A stretch of 63,786 nt of DNA, the filler included, from Octopus bimaculoides (taxonomy: Eukaryota): NCBI RefSeq assembly GCF_001194135.2. It is 6 parts of 6 records of this genome, joined end to end, with 100 filler letters (N's around TTAATTAATTAA, not from the genome) between each part and the next. Parts side by side here need not be neighbours in the genome. Positions count along the whole stretch, not along the records: positions 17,748 to 44,574 come from NC_068995.1; 5 more parts are not named here. The stretch is one strand, 5' to 3'. Numbering within the stretch: position 1 is the first letter of the stretch; each line of letters begins with the position of its first letter. Below are positions 23,163 through 35,208 of the stretch, piece by piece. A program made the translations under genes and the position numbers. The notes under the pieces were generated by a model. That model did no database searches, was not told the DNA's origin, and was given only the letters and a program-made list of their open reading frames with translations.

Positions 23163-25112
23163 ACTGAAAGGCATATCTGGGAAGCCTTCTTCACGTTTTT
23201 GTCCAGCGTCTCAGGTGTCGCTGCTTCTACATGCTGACAGCAAGTATTCCATTTACAAATATTTTACTTCGACATAGTATAGAAATAAATAAAACACAAA
23301 GCAAACTGAGCAAAGAACGATACGGATAAAAGGCGATATGAGTTCAAAAAACGTAAACTTGAAAGGGAATAAAATTCTAAACATCCCCACTTAAATTTCC
23401 ACGCGTTTGAATAAACAAATAAAAATAGGGCGAGCAATGTAAGACAAAACTATAAAGAAAATACTGAAAAGATTTACATTTGTACCAAAGATTAGCAGAT
23501 AAATTAATATCTCAGAAAATTACAATATATTGATTAAGATGAATTAGAAAATAGACTAAATAGTTTGGCTACTGAGCCGGTTGACCTACAAAATTTCTTA
23601 AAATCTTGGAAAGACAACTTTGTTAATCCCCTTAAATAGTTTTTTTTTTATCAAATATTTAGACGCTGGACGATTACCAAAAATGTTGAAAGCAGCAATA
23701 ATAACGATTCATTTTGTTGTTTTTGGCATAGGCACAAGGCCAAAAATCTGGGGGTGGGAATCAGGCGAACTGTCGAATACAGTACGTGATAGATAATTTA
23801 TTTTATCGACGCTAAATGGATGAAAGGCAGGATTTGAACTCTGAGCGCAGAGTCGATCGCAAACTATACTATTCAATATTCTAAGGACTCCATAAATGCA
23901 ACAGTAGGACACAGATAAACTGAGCCGTCGGTCAATCGGGCTCTGTTAATTCTACTAAAACACACGTTCAAAGGCGCCCGGTAAACAGTTATGCCCGAGG
24001 GTCCATAATACTCAGTCCGCCCCTGCAACAGACTGTCACTTATATCCCATCTTTCAAAATTGCTACAGATAATTATATTTAGAAGAAAAAATACCTTTGA
24101 GATAAACAGAAACTTTGTAACAATACCAAAAACCTGTGGAAATATGTGAAGGTACCACAAACACCATCCTGAGTTCCTTTTTATTTCTTACGATGTTGTC
24201 AGACATAGAGTATCATGTACAACCAGCCACAGTAAACAGCTATAAAGATTTTAATTGAAGCTGAAATCGAAACAAATGCAAACATGTATCGCAGCAAGAC
24301 CTAAATGTCATTCACAATAGATAAATTGTAATAACAACGTTCAACATATCTGCCGAAATGTTCTATCTATCAAACACACACCCAACATACTAAAAAGAAA
24401 GAAAAAATGAAAAAAAAAAGACTCAACATTTGAAAGCTCTCAACTCAATCTCAACTATTGTCTGTGGATGCAACATCATTTTAAAAGCTCAATACTGAGT
24501 ACAGATAATTTTATTTTTATTATAAAGAGCCCAACATTGATATTGATACCTTACTCACAGCTTCGTTCATCTCGTAGATGAAGCTGAGTTTCAAAGAACG
24601 ACTCCGGAAATTATATCTCTACTCTTTAGTATTCTATCTAGAATGATCTGCCGCCATACACATGTGGAAAATTCTGGTGAGTTTTCTTCAAACTTTCGCA
24701 GACATGGAAGAACAGACAAAAGAAATGGGTAAAGTACAGACTCTCTTTCTCAACTCATCAAGATACTTATGTATCAACGTTCGGCTTGCTCTGCAAGCTG
24801 ATACACTTTCTGTAATATACAGAGACCTATATAGCTGAGGTAAATTTAGAGCTGGAGTAAATTCTAGAATCCGAGAATACTCGGAGATGGCTTACGTCGC
24901 TAACACTCAGTCAATAGGCGTGGAGTGGAGTAGAAGGTAGGGTATCAGACTTTGTCCATCGTCTGAGGTTGGAGGAAAGAGAAGAAAGACTAGTTTGCAG
25001 GTACCCGAACCGAGATAAAAGCATTGTTTAGTGTGAGGTGTAAACCCTTCCAATTCCCACATACATATATACATATTCGCAGGTAGTGTCATGTAATAAT
25101 TACATGATCAAA

Positions 25113-25290
25113 GGTGACGAGCTAGCACAATCGTTACCGAGTCGGGCAAAATTCCGTCGAGGTCGACTTTGCCTTTCATTGTTTCAGGGTTGATAAAATA
25201 CGTACCAGTCGAATACCGGGGTCAATGGAATCGACTCACCTCCCCTCCCGAAATTGCTGGCCTTGCGCCAAAAATTGAAACCGATAATTA
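25113..25290 (+). mobile_element. OK-like SINE
   Basis: aaattccgtcgaggtcgactttgcctttcat...gataaaatacgtaccag...ggccttgcgcc. Confidence 0.8.
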
Positions 25291-25719
25291 CCTGATCATC
25301 ATCCCTATCATTGCATATATTATTTTGTCTGTGGTCGCGGCATGACGTTATCAGTCCAGTTATACAGGAGTTGAATAAAAGCTTAACTTCAGATTATGAC
25401 AAAAGATTGGCTTGATTACATAAAAAAAAAAAAATCGAAATCATGGCGTTGTTTTTGAAATATCTTGGACAGCACTACACACGTGGTATACAATACCGGC
25501 GCATTTAAGAAAATTGAACGCTAATGAAAACCTGTTGCAGACGTAGACCATCATCAATATATTTGGATACCAATTATATTAGTGGCATAGAATTACTCTA
25601 CATATGTTGATCAATAATATGTAATACAGAAGTTTCCTGATGCAGCAAAATGATAACTAGACCCTTGGAAGTTATGCAGCAAAGGAATATGAATACAGTG
25701 GGTTGATGTTACCAACAGT

Positions 25720-26065
25720 TCAAATTCCGCCGAGGTCGACTTTGCCTTTCATCCTTTCGGGGTCGATAAATTAAGTACCAGTTACGCACTGGGGTCAATG
25801 TAATCGACTTAATCCCTTTGTCTGTACCCTCTATGTTTAGCCCCTTGTGGGCAATAAAGAAATAATAAACGTTAGCACGCCGGGCGAAATGCTTAGTGGT
25901 ATTTCGTCTATCTTTAAGTTGAGTTCAAATTCCGCCAAGGTCGACTTTGCCTTTCATCCTTTCGGGGTCGATAAATAAAGTACCAGTTGCGTCCTGGGGT
26001 CGATCTAATCGACTGGACCCCTCCCCCAAAATTTCGGGCCTTGTGCCTAGAGTAGAAAAGAATTT
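25720..26065 (+). mobile_element. Two tandem OK-like SINEs with little divergence
   Basis: Two copies of gttcaaattccgcc.aggtcgactttgcctttcatcctttcggggtcgataaat, with CpGs retained. Confidence 0.85.
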
Positions 26066-26402
26066 CCCAGATCTCAATCCATTGAACTATTACATGTGGA
26101 GTATTGTTGAGAGAGAGGTCAATGGACACGCCCATAACACCACAGATTCTTTGAAAGCTGCCATAGTCAGAGTAATGTCCAAAATTAACCAGGACCACTT
26201 GATTTGAGCATGTAGATGATTTAGGTCTCATATAGAAGCAGTTGTTGAAGCTGAAGGTGCCTTTGTTGAATAACATTATAGAAAAGAAGTTTTATTTTTA
26301 TCCTCATAGCATTTTTTGATAAATAAAGTTATGTTATTATACATTTGTGTTTTTTTTTTTTATAAACAGAAATCTGTTCTCAAATATCTTACACACCCTG
26401 TA
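26066..26402 (+). mobile_element. Tc1/maT-like transposon 3' fragment
   Basis: PDLNPLNYYMWSIVER...DSLKAAIV (third catalytic Asp region, SPDLNP motif) ending in a TIR-like cttacacaccctg-ta. Confidence 0.7.
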
Positions 26403-26415
26403 TATATATATGTTT

Positions 26416-26700
26416 TATGATGGACTCTCCCGTCGAAGACGATGTCTGAGTGTTCAGCCTTTGCCGAACGACCTGCACAAATATTTTGTATGTGCTGTAC
26501 ATTAGCTCACTGCCTCCATCCAGTCGACGTTGTCTGAACAGGCGCACAGTGCATCACGCGTTAGGTATCGAAGTGAACGCAGAGCAACGTAAGATGAAGT
26601 GTTTGCTCAAGAACACAACACATAACTCAGTCTAGGAATAGAAATCACGATCACTAGATATTGAGTGCAACACCCTAACCATTAAGCCATGCACCCTCAC
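26416..26700 (-). mobile_element. tRNA-derived SINE (family of 5722-6014)
   Basis: Shared motifs gatggactctcc, aagtg.tttgctcaagaac and gagtgcaacacc.taaccatt.agccatgc. Confidence 0.65.
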
Positions 26701-26826
26701 ACACACATATCAGGCTTCTTTCAGTTTCCGTCTACCAAATTCACTCACAAAGCTCGAGTTGGCCCAAAGCTATAGTAGAAAAGACTCGCCCAAGGTGCCA
26801 CACAGTGGGACTGAACCCGGACCCTA

Positions 26827-26862
<36 letters not shown>

Positions 26863-26982
26863 AGATGCAGCATGGAATTTTGTCAGTGAACAGGTCGCGG
26901 TATCAAAGCGACGAAAAAATTTTGACAAGTTAAATTTAAAAGTTCAAGTGAATCAGTTTTTGTGTTTTTAAATGCACGTGGC

Positions 26983-27260
26983 ACGTGACTAGGGCATTCG
27001 GCTCACGATCGTGAGTTCAATTCTCGGCGATGTGTTGTGTCCTTGAGCAAGATACTTTATTTCACGTTGCTCCAGTCCACTCAGCTGGCAAAAATGAGTA
27101 GTACCTGTATTTCGAATGGCCAGCCTTGTCACACAGTATCTCCCTGAGAACTACGTTAAGGGTATACGTGTCTGTGGAGTGCTCAGCCACTAGCACGTTA
27201 ATTTCACGAGCAAGCTGTTCCGTTGATAGAGTCAGCTGGAACACCCGTCATCGTATACGA
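26983..27260 (+). mobile_element. OR2-like SINE variant
   Basis: CORE-like gtgtccttgagcaagatactt, then a body matching 2220-2390 (gagaactacgttaaggg...cacgttaatttcacga). Confidence 0.7.
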
Positions 27261-28114
27261 CGGAATACTCTAAATAATATATATTCTACCCATCACGACA
27301 CTCCAGAACAGCAATGATATTAACAAGAACAACAGTAATATAAGCGCAAAACCGAAGATTTTAGAAGAAAAACCTGTTTTGACAGGTGTATGTCTTCCTC
27401 GGACGGTAATCGAAATATGACTGCGGGAGGTGCATAGCAGCGCTTGGTCCACCATTGACAATTTTTTGTTTCTGGAAGCTGTTGTTTCAACAGTAATGAT
27501 TTTTAACATAGGCACAAAGCCACATATAATCGATGATATCGAACGCAGTACATGAGATACTTTATCTACCCGCACGAAAGCAGGAATTATAGAGAATGTA
27601 ACCGTAACAGCATGCTGTAAGGTATTTCACCTGGCGCTCTGCAGATAAAAGCAATGCCATTATCATCATCATCGTCGTCATCACCACTACCATCATCGTT
27701 ATCACCACCCTCGTCGCCACAACCATCACCACCACCACCAACATCATCATCAACAACCAAAACAACAGCAACAAAATCAATTACATGCGGCAGCAATCTA
27801 AATGTAAGACTGTCTTACATGGTCATTCGATTTGCTAAAAATAGCTGCTAAATTTCTCTCAGATCACACACTACCGTCTCAAGTAAAGAATGCATAGGGT
27901 AATGTTGCCCTACATATACTTAAAAAGACATGATATGATGGTCACGGCTGGAATGCCTTTGACCATTGGTGTGCACCATTAGGGTTAAGCTAGAACTATG
28001 CAATAACAACAACAGCGACAACACCAAAACAACATCGTCGATAGCCCATTGTCGACTTCCGCTGCAGATTTTTGTTTACTGCGACACTTCCGAGTGTTTG
28101 TCTGAGCGTTTTTA

Positions 28115-28150
<36 letters not shown>

Positions 28151-28979
28151 GTATACGTATAACTAACCTGACTATATTTGATAGTTTTCCCATTTCTTCG
28201 ACCCAATCAACTCCCGCAGTCACACTTCGATTACCGTTTGTGCGTTTGTTTTTCTTTCGTCATTTAAACCGAGTCGATAATCTCCCGAGAAATGGTTTAA
28301 TGAAGCTAATAAAAAGGCTAATTACCCATTGTTTGATAGAAACCACTTACCGTTAGTCAAGGGATGAAAACGCTAATACTTAATGCCTTTTTTTAAAAAA
28401 TTTCATCCCTGTGTGTGTGTGTGTGCGAGAGAGAGAGAGATTAGTTTTAGAACCCCGATAGCATGCAATCATCGTCGTCACTGTCGTCGTGGTCATCTTC
28501 ACCATCATTGTCATCGTCGTCACCATCATCATTATCATCGACGACATCATCTGTGTGTATGTGTGTGTGGGACATCGGTTTATAACCTCGATAGCATTGC
28601 AATCATCGTCGTCGTCGTTGTCATCATCATCATCATCACCATCATCATCATCATCTTGCCAGCTGTCTTAACACAGCACTAACAACAACAACAACAACAT
28701 AACCTATGTCTTAAACCTAGCCCCTTCCCTCCCTTCCTCATCTCACAGCAAAGTCACTACCGCTACCAACAAGAGCACCTCAAATACTAAGCTAGATCTA
28801 CTATCTCTACTGCAACAGTTATTAATGGTAGTTCCCCAAATGATCGGAATCTACCAAGAATTAGCAGTAGTAGCACCGTTAGCATTTTAGAGACATCTTC
28901 CTGGCGTGTTTGACCAACAGAATTGAAAAAAAAAAAAAAAAAAAAATCTTTGCGGTATTTTTTTCTTATTCTTTACATT

Positions 28980-29266
28980 TTAAGTTTAAATTCCGCCGGG
29001 ATCAATTTTGCCTTTTAACTTTTCGGGGTCGATAAAATAAAGTACCAGTCGAGTACTGGGGTCGGTGTAATCGACTGTTTCCCTCCCCTGAAATTGCTGG
29101 CCTTGTGCCAAAATTTGAAACCATTATTATTATTATTATTGCATTTCGTCTATCTTCACGTTCTGAGTTCAAATTCCGCCGTGGTCGACTTTACCTTTCA
29201 TAAGTCCTGGGGTCGATGTAATCGACTACCCCCCAAATTCCAGGCTTTGTACCTATAGTAGAAAGG

Positions 29267-29290
<24 letters not shown>
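28980..29290 (+). mobile_element. Two tandem OK-like SINEs with (TTA)n tails
   Basis: Same consensus motifs as 25720-26065. Confidence 0.8.
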
Positions 29291-29299
<9 letters not shown>

Positions 29300-29343
29300 A
29301 GTGATGGTAGTTGTGGGGATAATGATGCTAGCAGCAGTAGTAA

Positions 29344-29377
<34 letters not shown>

Positions 29378-30090
29378 AGCAGTAGTAGTAGTTGTTGTTG
29401 CTGTTATTGTTAAGAGTGATTGTTCAACTTCATCTCGGTGCAGAACAATTAAGAACAAGTGAAGAGATAAGCAGGAAGATAATGTTAACCGTAGGAGAAA
29501 TCATAGGCAGCGCTGTGAATAGAAAGTGTTATGTGGAATATTTGGGTGCATCGATGTCTAGGGTGGAATGTGTTACGCTAGGGATGGTTTAATGTAGTTA
29601 TGACGTGGTGATGATGATGTTTTATTAAGTCAAAGGGCAAAACAGAATCTTCGCATTGTGCCACACTGCAGCAAGTAACTGAGAGAAAACAACACAAATC
29701 ACTAAACAATAAATATATAAATAAATAAACAGATTAAATGAAGTGATCGGATTACGGATGTGGTGAATAACCGGCGCCGAGTCAGTCTTATGCTGTTAAA
29801 CAGTGTAACGCTGTTGTAAAAGTCTGGTGGTGGCGGTGGTTTTGTTATTGTTGTTGGCGGGGTGTTGGCGGTAGCGATGGTGGCGGTATGGGAGAAAAGC
29901 GACAGACGGTTGGTGATCGATGTTATGACAAACGTACTATTTTATTTACATTATTTACACTATTTACATTCAACGTACTACTTGTTACTGTTTCATCTTA
30001 GGTTAAATCCTGATCGTGCAGACCTATGATCAAAGGCGTTCCTGCGTGACCATCCCGTCCTTTTAGAATGGCATTATCTAAAGCATTCTA

Positions 30091-30820
30091 GGATCTAATT
30101 CAAAACGGGGGCACCAGTTTTCATTAATGTTTTACGTAGTGTTTTTGGTACCGAAAGACTTTCAAACTTCGTATACTTATCTATTTTGTGTTATAGAACA
30201 GAAAAAAATTTTTGTATTCGAAGTTATTTCATGTAAAAAATTGTCTTATTTCGATAATTTCAACCAATCACTGACAAGTATTCAGCTGTTTACCGTTACT
30301 CCTTTGGCAGTTTAAGCGGTGTAAAGCGTATTTAATCTCCATTACGTCTGACATTTTGCAGAGAGGCAACACACGTGTGTTCGTTTTCCTTCGTTTTATT
30401 TTTAATATAATTTCGTTAACATCTACCTGAACTGTATGTGTACAACATTTGCTCTAACCCTAACCCTAACCCTTCCCTCAAAAACCAGGCCTTGTGCCTA
30501 TAATAGAAAGGTTTATTAGCTACTGCCAATATGCTTCAGCCATTTTTTGACAAGGAAATAATAATTTTATCACCGCCAGAATCGTTTGAGAATCGTTTGT
30601 TTACGTAGTCAGCACTTACTGTATTCGGCTGAATGGACGTCAGTCATTGGTTGAAATTACAGAAATACGACAGCTTTAACATGAAATAAGTTGCAATATA
30701 ATAATTTTTCTTAAGAAGACTAAGAGAAAAAAATGTTTTATATGACACATTCTACCAGTGTCCCAAGTTTCAAAGTGTTTCGTTAAGAAAATAATGGCGC
30801 CCCCGTTTTGAACTAGATCC
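30091..30820 (+). mobile_element. Merlin-like non-autonomous DNA transposon (730 bp)
   Basis: 26-bp TIRs starting GG (ggatctaattcaaaacgggggcacca / tggcgcccccgttttgaactagatcc) with a perfect 8-bp TSD gcattcta (30083-30090 and 30821-30828). GG-starting TIRs with 8-9 bp TSDs are characteristic of Merlin. Confidence 0.75.
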
Positions 30821-30859
30821 GCATTCTATTCCTTTTCAAGACAGCGGGGTCTCATTTAT

Positions 30860-31470
30860 TAATGTGCATCCCACAGCGGTTTCGAGATGTCTGTTGATGC
30901 ACTGAAGCTGTGTCTTTTATGGATTCGCAAACGGTACCAGGCGTGGTCGTCATTTGAAAGTGTAGCAGTGCTTCATTCCCGGTCAAGTGTAGATTAAGAA
31001 AAGGCACTTGCGGTCAGGAGTGTGCCAGCCGTTCAGAGCTCTCTACCAGTTGCACAATGAGGTCGGTTGAACGTTCACTCTTTTCTGATCAATAGGTGAT
31101 GAGTGGAAAGCAAGAGTATAAGCGACAGTGTCGGAGTAAGAATAGTTCGGGACATCGATGACGATATTCTGAACAGCTTTCCAGGAGTTGCAGATCAGCA
31201 TTATGAATAATTTACAAGCTGATGACTTAAGATAAGCTTTACAAGTATTTTAGTACAATCAGCGTATCTGAAACGTAGAAAGACGAAACTGTCCTCCACT
31301 GATTGAATGTCAGCAGATTACCTTCTCTGGGTTTGTGTCAAGGGGCTAATTTCCCGAGAAGGACATTTCTGCCATCATACTAAAAATTGACTCGTCACGA
31401 AGGGGAGAGCTAGGTAGTTTTCTTACATCTAGTGTCCGTTGAAACAAGTAGTGTGTAAATCGGAAATGAA
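30860..31470 (+). mobile_element. Very decayed RTE-like RT remnant (tentative)
   Basis: Residual motifs in order: a GVRQG-like segment (about 31.01 kb), QADD (31.22 kb) and KTK (31.28 kb); many stops. Confidence 0.4.
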
Positions 31471-32166
31471 AGCTTTTAGGACTGGGCCTTAACTCTTCAA
31501 CGAAACACGTACCACCGAAGGTTAAAGTAGAGCAGAATTACTGCACCGCCTCCGTACATTTTATGTATAAGAGTGACAAATTGACAAAGATAGTTCTGTC
31601 TTTTAGAGTCGCGAGAAACTCTAACTAAAGCGAACATTAGTTAGAGATTTTGGAAGGATTTTCCCTATGTACCATGCCCTTACTATGAGGGATTTTTATC
31701 ATATACTTCATGTCTCTTTTACTCTTTTAATTGTTTCAGTCATTTGACTGCGGCCATGCTGGAGCACCGCCTTTAGTCAAGCAAATCGACCCCAGGACNN
31801 NNNNNNNNCCGCCTTTAGTCAAGCAAATCGACCCCAGGACTTGGGGGGGACTTTTCAATGGTGTGTATGTGTGGCCAGCCACATGTTTAGATGAGTTTGT
31901 CGTCTCTGCAACAGCGAATAAAACATACCTGACGCTCTCGCTGGTCGCTGATAGGATGAATTTTTGTTTTCCTTCGATATTTGTTTTTTAAAACCGTACA
32001 TTCATAAGAGTTGTTATTTCTGGACAAATACCACAGTAACTGGCCTATAAACAATGTACATAATCAAGTATGATGCATAGATGGATACATGTGCGTGAGT
32101 ATGTGTGTGTGTGCGTGTATATGTATACGTATCTATCTATCTATCTATAAAATACATACATGCATC

Positions 32167-33457
32167 CTAGGGGAAGTCAAACATTATCTGCACTTCCGCC
32201 AAAACATTATTTAGGTTGGCTGCAATGCCTTCAACGCTCCCGTGCTAAAAAGAGGTAACCTTGTGGTTATATAACCGAGGTTTGACCGTGATATTTCCAG
32301 TTTTCTTTCTTGTGTTAAAGAATAAATACGACCGTTTAACTGGCAGTGTGCACCAAGGAAGAGCAGAGATTAATGATCCAATTTCTTTGTTCAGAAGATG
32401 TGCCAGGAGTTGAAGTTCATCGCAAGCTTGCAATACGGAGACAGCGCTCTACTGCCTATAAGCGCTTATGGGTGGATCAAAAAAGTTTTAAAATAACTGG
32501 AAAAGCCTGATGTGCGAAAAGGGAGCAAGACACCCATCAGCCTCCACCACTGAAAATTCAACAAGTTCGAGAGATAGTTCTGGCGAACCGGTGAGTGGCC
32601 ATCGATGAGTTGGCATGTTCTCTGCAAATTAGTCATGGTTCTGCATACGAAATCATCCATGACAGGCTTCGCTTCTGTAAAGTCTGTGCAAGCTGGGTGC
32701 CAAGAGAGCTTAACTAAGAGCATAAGCGCAATCATGTGCTCTGTCAATGCTTATTCGACCGCTACAACCATGAAGGTCAATTTTTTTTGGAGAGAATAGT
32801 CACAGGAAAGGAGATCTGGGCTCTTCACTTTGGGCTAGAATCCAAAAGGCAGAACATTGAGTGGAAATACCCAATGTCGCCAGTGAAAAAGAAATTCAAG
32901 ACTCAATCTTTTGCAGTAAAAGTGATTCTAATGGGGTTTGGGGATGCAAAAGGGCCTATACAGGAACAATACCTGGAAAAGAGGGTCTACAGTTATCAGT
33001 GTTGGCTACAGTGAAATGTTGACCAACAAACTGAAAGCAGTTATTCGCATTAGACACCGAGTTCAATTGTGAAATCAAGTGTTATTGTTGCACAACAATA
33101 CACGATAGTCGCCCACATCGTTGAAACCATTGAAAAACTAGGTTTTGAGTTGCCGGAACACCCTCATACAATCCAGATCTCGTCTTTTCAAACTATTACC
33201 TCTTTGAATCGCTCAAACTTCCTTTATGAGGTCATCGATTTGCTACGGACGAAGAAGCACAGGAAGCGGTGCATAAATGGCTGCTTGAACAGCCGAAAAC
33301 TTTCTCCGGCGTAAAAAGCAAACTTGCGAGCCGCTGGAAGAAGAACATCGAAAAGGAAAGGAACTATGTCGAAAAATGATGTAATTATTCAACCCTTGGT
33401 TTTGTTTTAATAAATTACAGAAACAAGACTACGTATAATTTTTGACTTAACCTCGTG
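32167..33457 (+). mobile_element. Full-length decayed mariner element (about 1.29 kb)
   Basis: TIR remnants (aggggaagtcaaacattatctgcact / actacgtataatttttgacttaacctcg) and a frameshifted transposase (FFLERIVTGKEIWALHF..ESKRQNIEWK, ELPEHPHT.DL). Confidence 0.85.
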
Positions 33458-33589
33458 TGTGTGTGTGTGTGTGCGCGCGCATATAGTTTTCTACATTTCT
33501 TTTCTTTCTCTTCGCTATCTTAAGAACTTTAACACTATGAAGTTGTCACAGAATTTAATGTTTGATAGACTACAAGTAGTGTTTTTCTT

Positions 33590-33783
33590 TTCTAAAGTCT
33601 CTGGTAGAATCGTTAGAGCGTCAACATTGTGTGCTTGGAGTTCAATTTCAGCCGGGTAGACGTTACCTTTCATACCACTGGAGTCGATAAAAATAAAGTA
33701 CTAGTCATATACTAAGATATATATTATCGAGTGACTATTTCCCACCAAATTTACAGGCACTGTACTAAAATTAGAAAGTATTA

Positions 33784-33816
<33 letters not shown>
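33590..33816 (+). repeat. Diverged OK-like SINE, copy 1 of a local near-identical pair
   Basis: Matches 34951-35150 with two visible substitutions over about 200 bp. Confidence 0.85.
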
Positions 33817-33817
<1 letters not shown>

Positions 33818-34950
33818 CCATCCTTAATGTAGCTTACAAACACACACACACACACACACACGTACACGCACACACTCACTCACTCGCACAAACACACATA
33901 CACACACACACATAATAAATTCAGCTGTTGTTTTAGATTATTAATTAGTTAATATTAACTAGAAATTAATATAATAGTTCGTACATTGGGCAAGAACTTT
34001 AACAAAGCCGAAGAATGTCCTTATCAAGATTTAGACTAGGTTATAAGAGATGCTATCGCGAATCTGGTTTCTCTTTCATTCATGCGTAAATCATACGTAG
34101 TTGGACGATACAGAAATGAAAATAAGCGTGAGAAAAATAGCTCCTTTGCTATTGCTACATTTTGCGATGGTATTGATGGTGGTACCGGCACGACAATGAC
34201 GATGACGACGATGGTGATGATAAATATGGAGACCGATAAAGAAATTGATCATAGATCTGAAGATAATAGGTGGCCATTTAACAGATGACCAAAGAGATTG
34301 TGTTAGTTTATTCAAATAGCAAGGATCATTAGCAATGTCTTGTAATCAATCTATGGCGTATTTCGATCGCGGTTGAATACATCATCTTGTAACGGCTGAC
34401 TGCTTAGAACTCAATCTTGTTGAAATGGAAAGAACTTGAAACACTATTTGAAAATATACATTCTGTCGGAAAGCTGCTTCGTCAACTAATACTGCTGCTG
34501 TTGGCTCATCTTCAGAGGCACGGCTGCTATTTGAGAGAAAAGATAACAACAAATGTGTGTGTGTATGTGTGGTGTGGTGTGTGTGTGTGTGTGTGTGTGT
34601 ACAAATTACAAGGGTTAAGTTCCACTGATAATTCAAGGGTTTCAAGTAATTCCCACTCACAGTATTAAGTTTGAAGTTGTAACAAATACATTCTACACAG
34701 AGCTTAATGTTCCTACGTAACGGTTGAAATATTGTTATAACGGTTCCGATGAAATAAGATGGCGAAATTGAATGTTATGACTTTCACACCTGTATGGAAG
34801 ACATTAGCGATTGTAAGATAAAATAAATAATCAGGAGACACGACTTGGTGCAAATAGAGACTCATCTCGATACAAACGGCTTTCGGTAAAAAATAATAAT
34901 GCATTTAAACAATACTGTATATTTAGAGAAGAGAAACGGTACTCATAACA

Positions 34951-35144
34951 TTCTAAAGTCTCTGGTAGAATCGTTAGAGCGTCAACATTGTGTGCTTGGA
35001 GTTCAATTTCAGCCGGGTAGACGTTACTTTTCATACCACTGGAGTCGATAAAAATAAAGTACTAGTCATATACTAAGATATATATTATCGAGTGACTATT
35101 TCCCACCAAATTTACAGGCACTGTACTAAAATTAGAGAGTATTA

Positions 35145-35208
<64 letters not shown>
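34951..35208 (+). repeat. Diverged OK-like SINE, copy 2, with expanded (TTA)n
   Basis: Near-identical to 33590-33816; its tail abuts the 3' end of the R4/Dong-like element. Confidence 0.85.

Noticed and set aside
30454-30473. (CCCTAA)3 as a telomere or fusion scar
   Set aside because: Only three units, and inside a TIR element; noted under that finding.
31795-31840. Direct repeat of a SINE segment around a 10-N gap
   Set aside because: Typical contig-overlap artefact.
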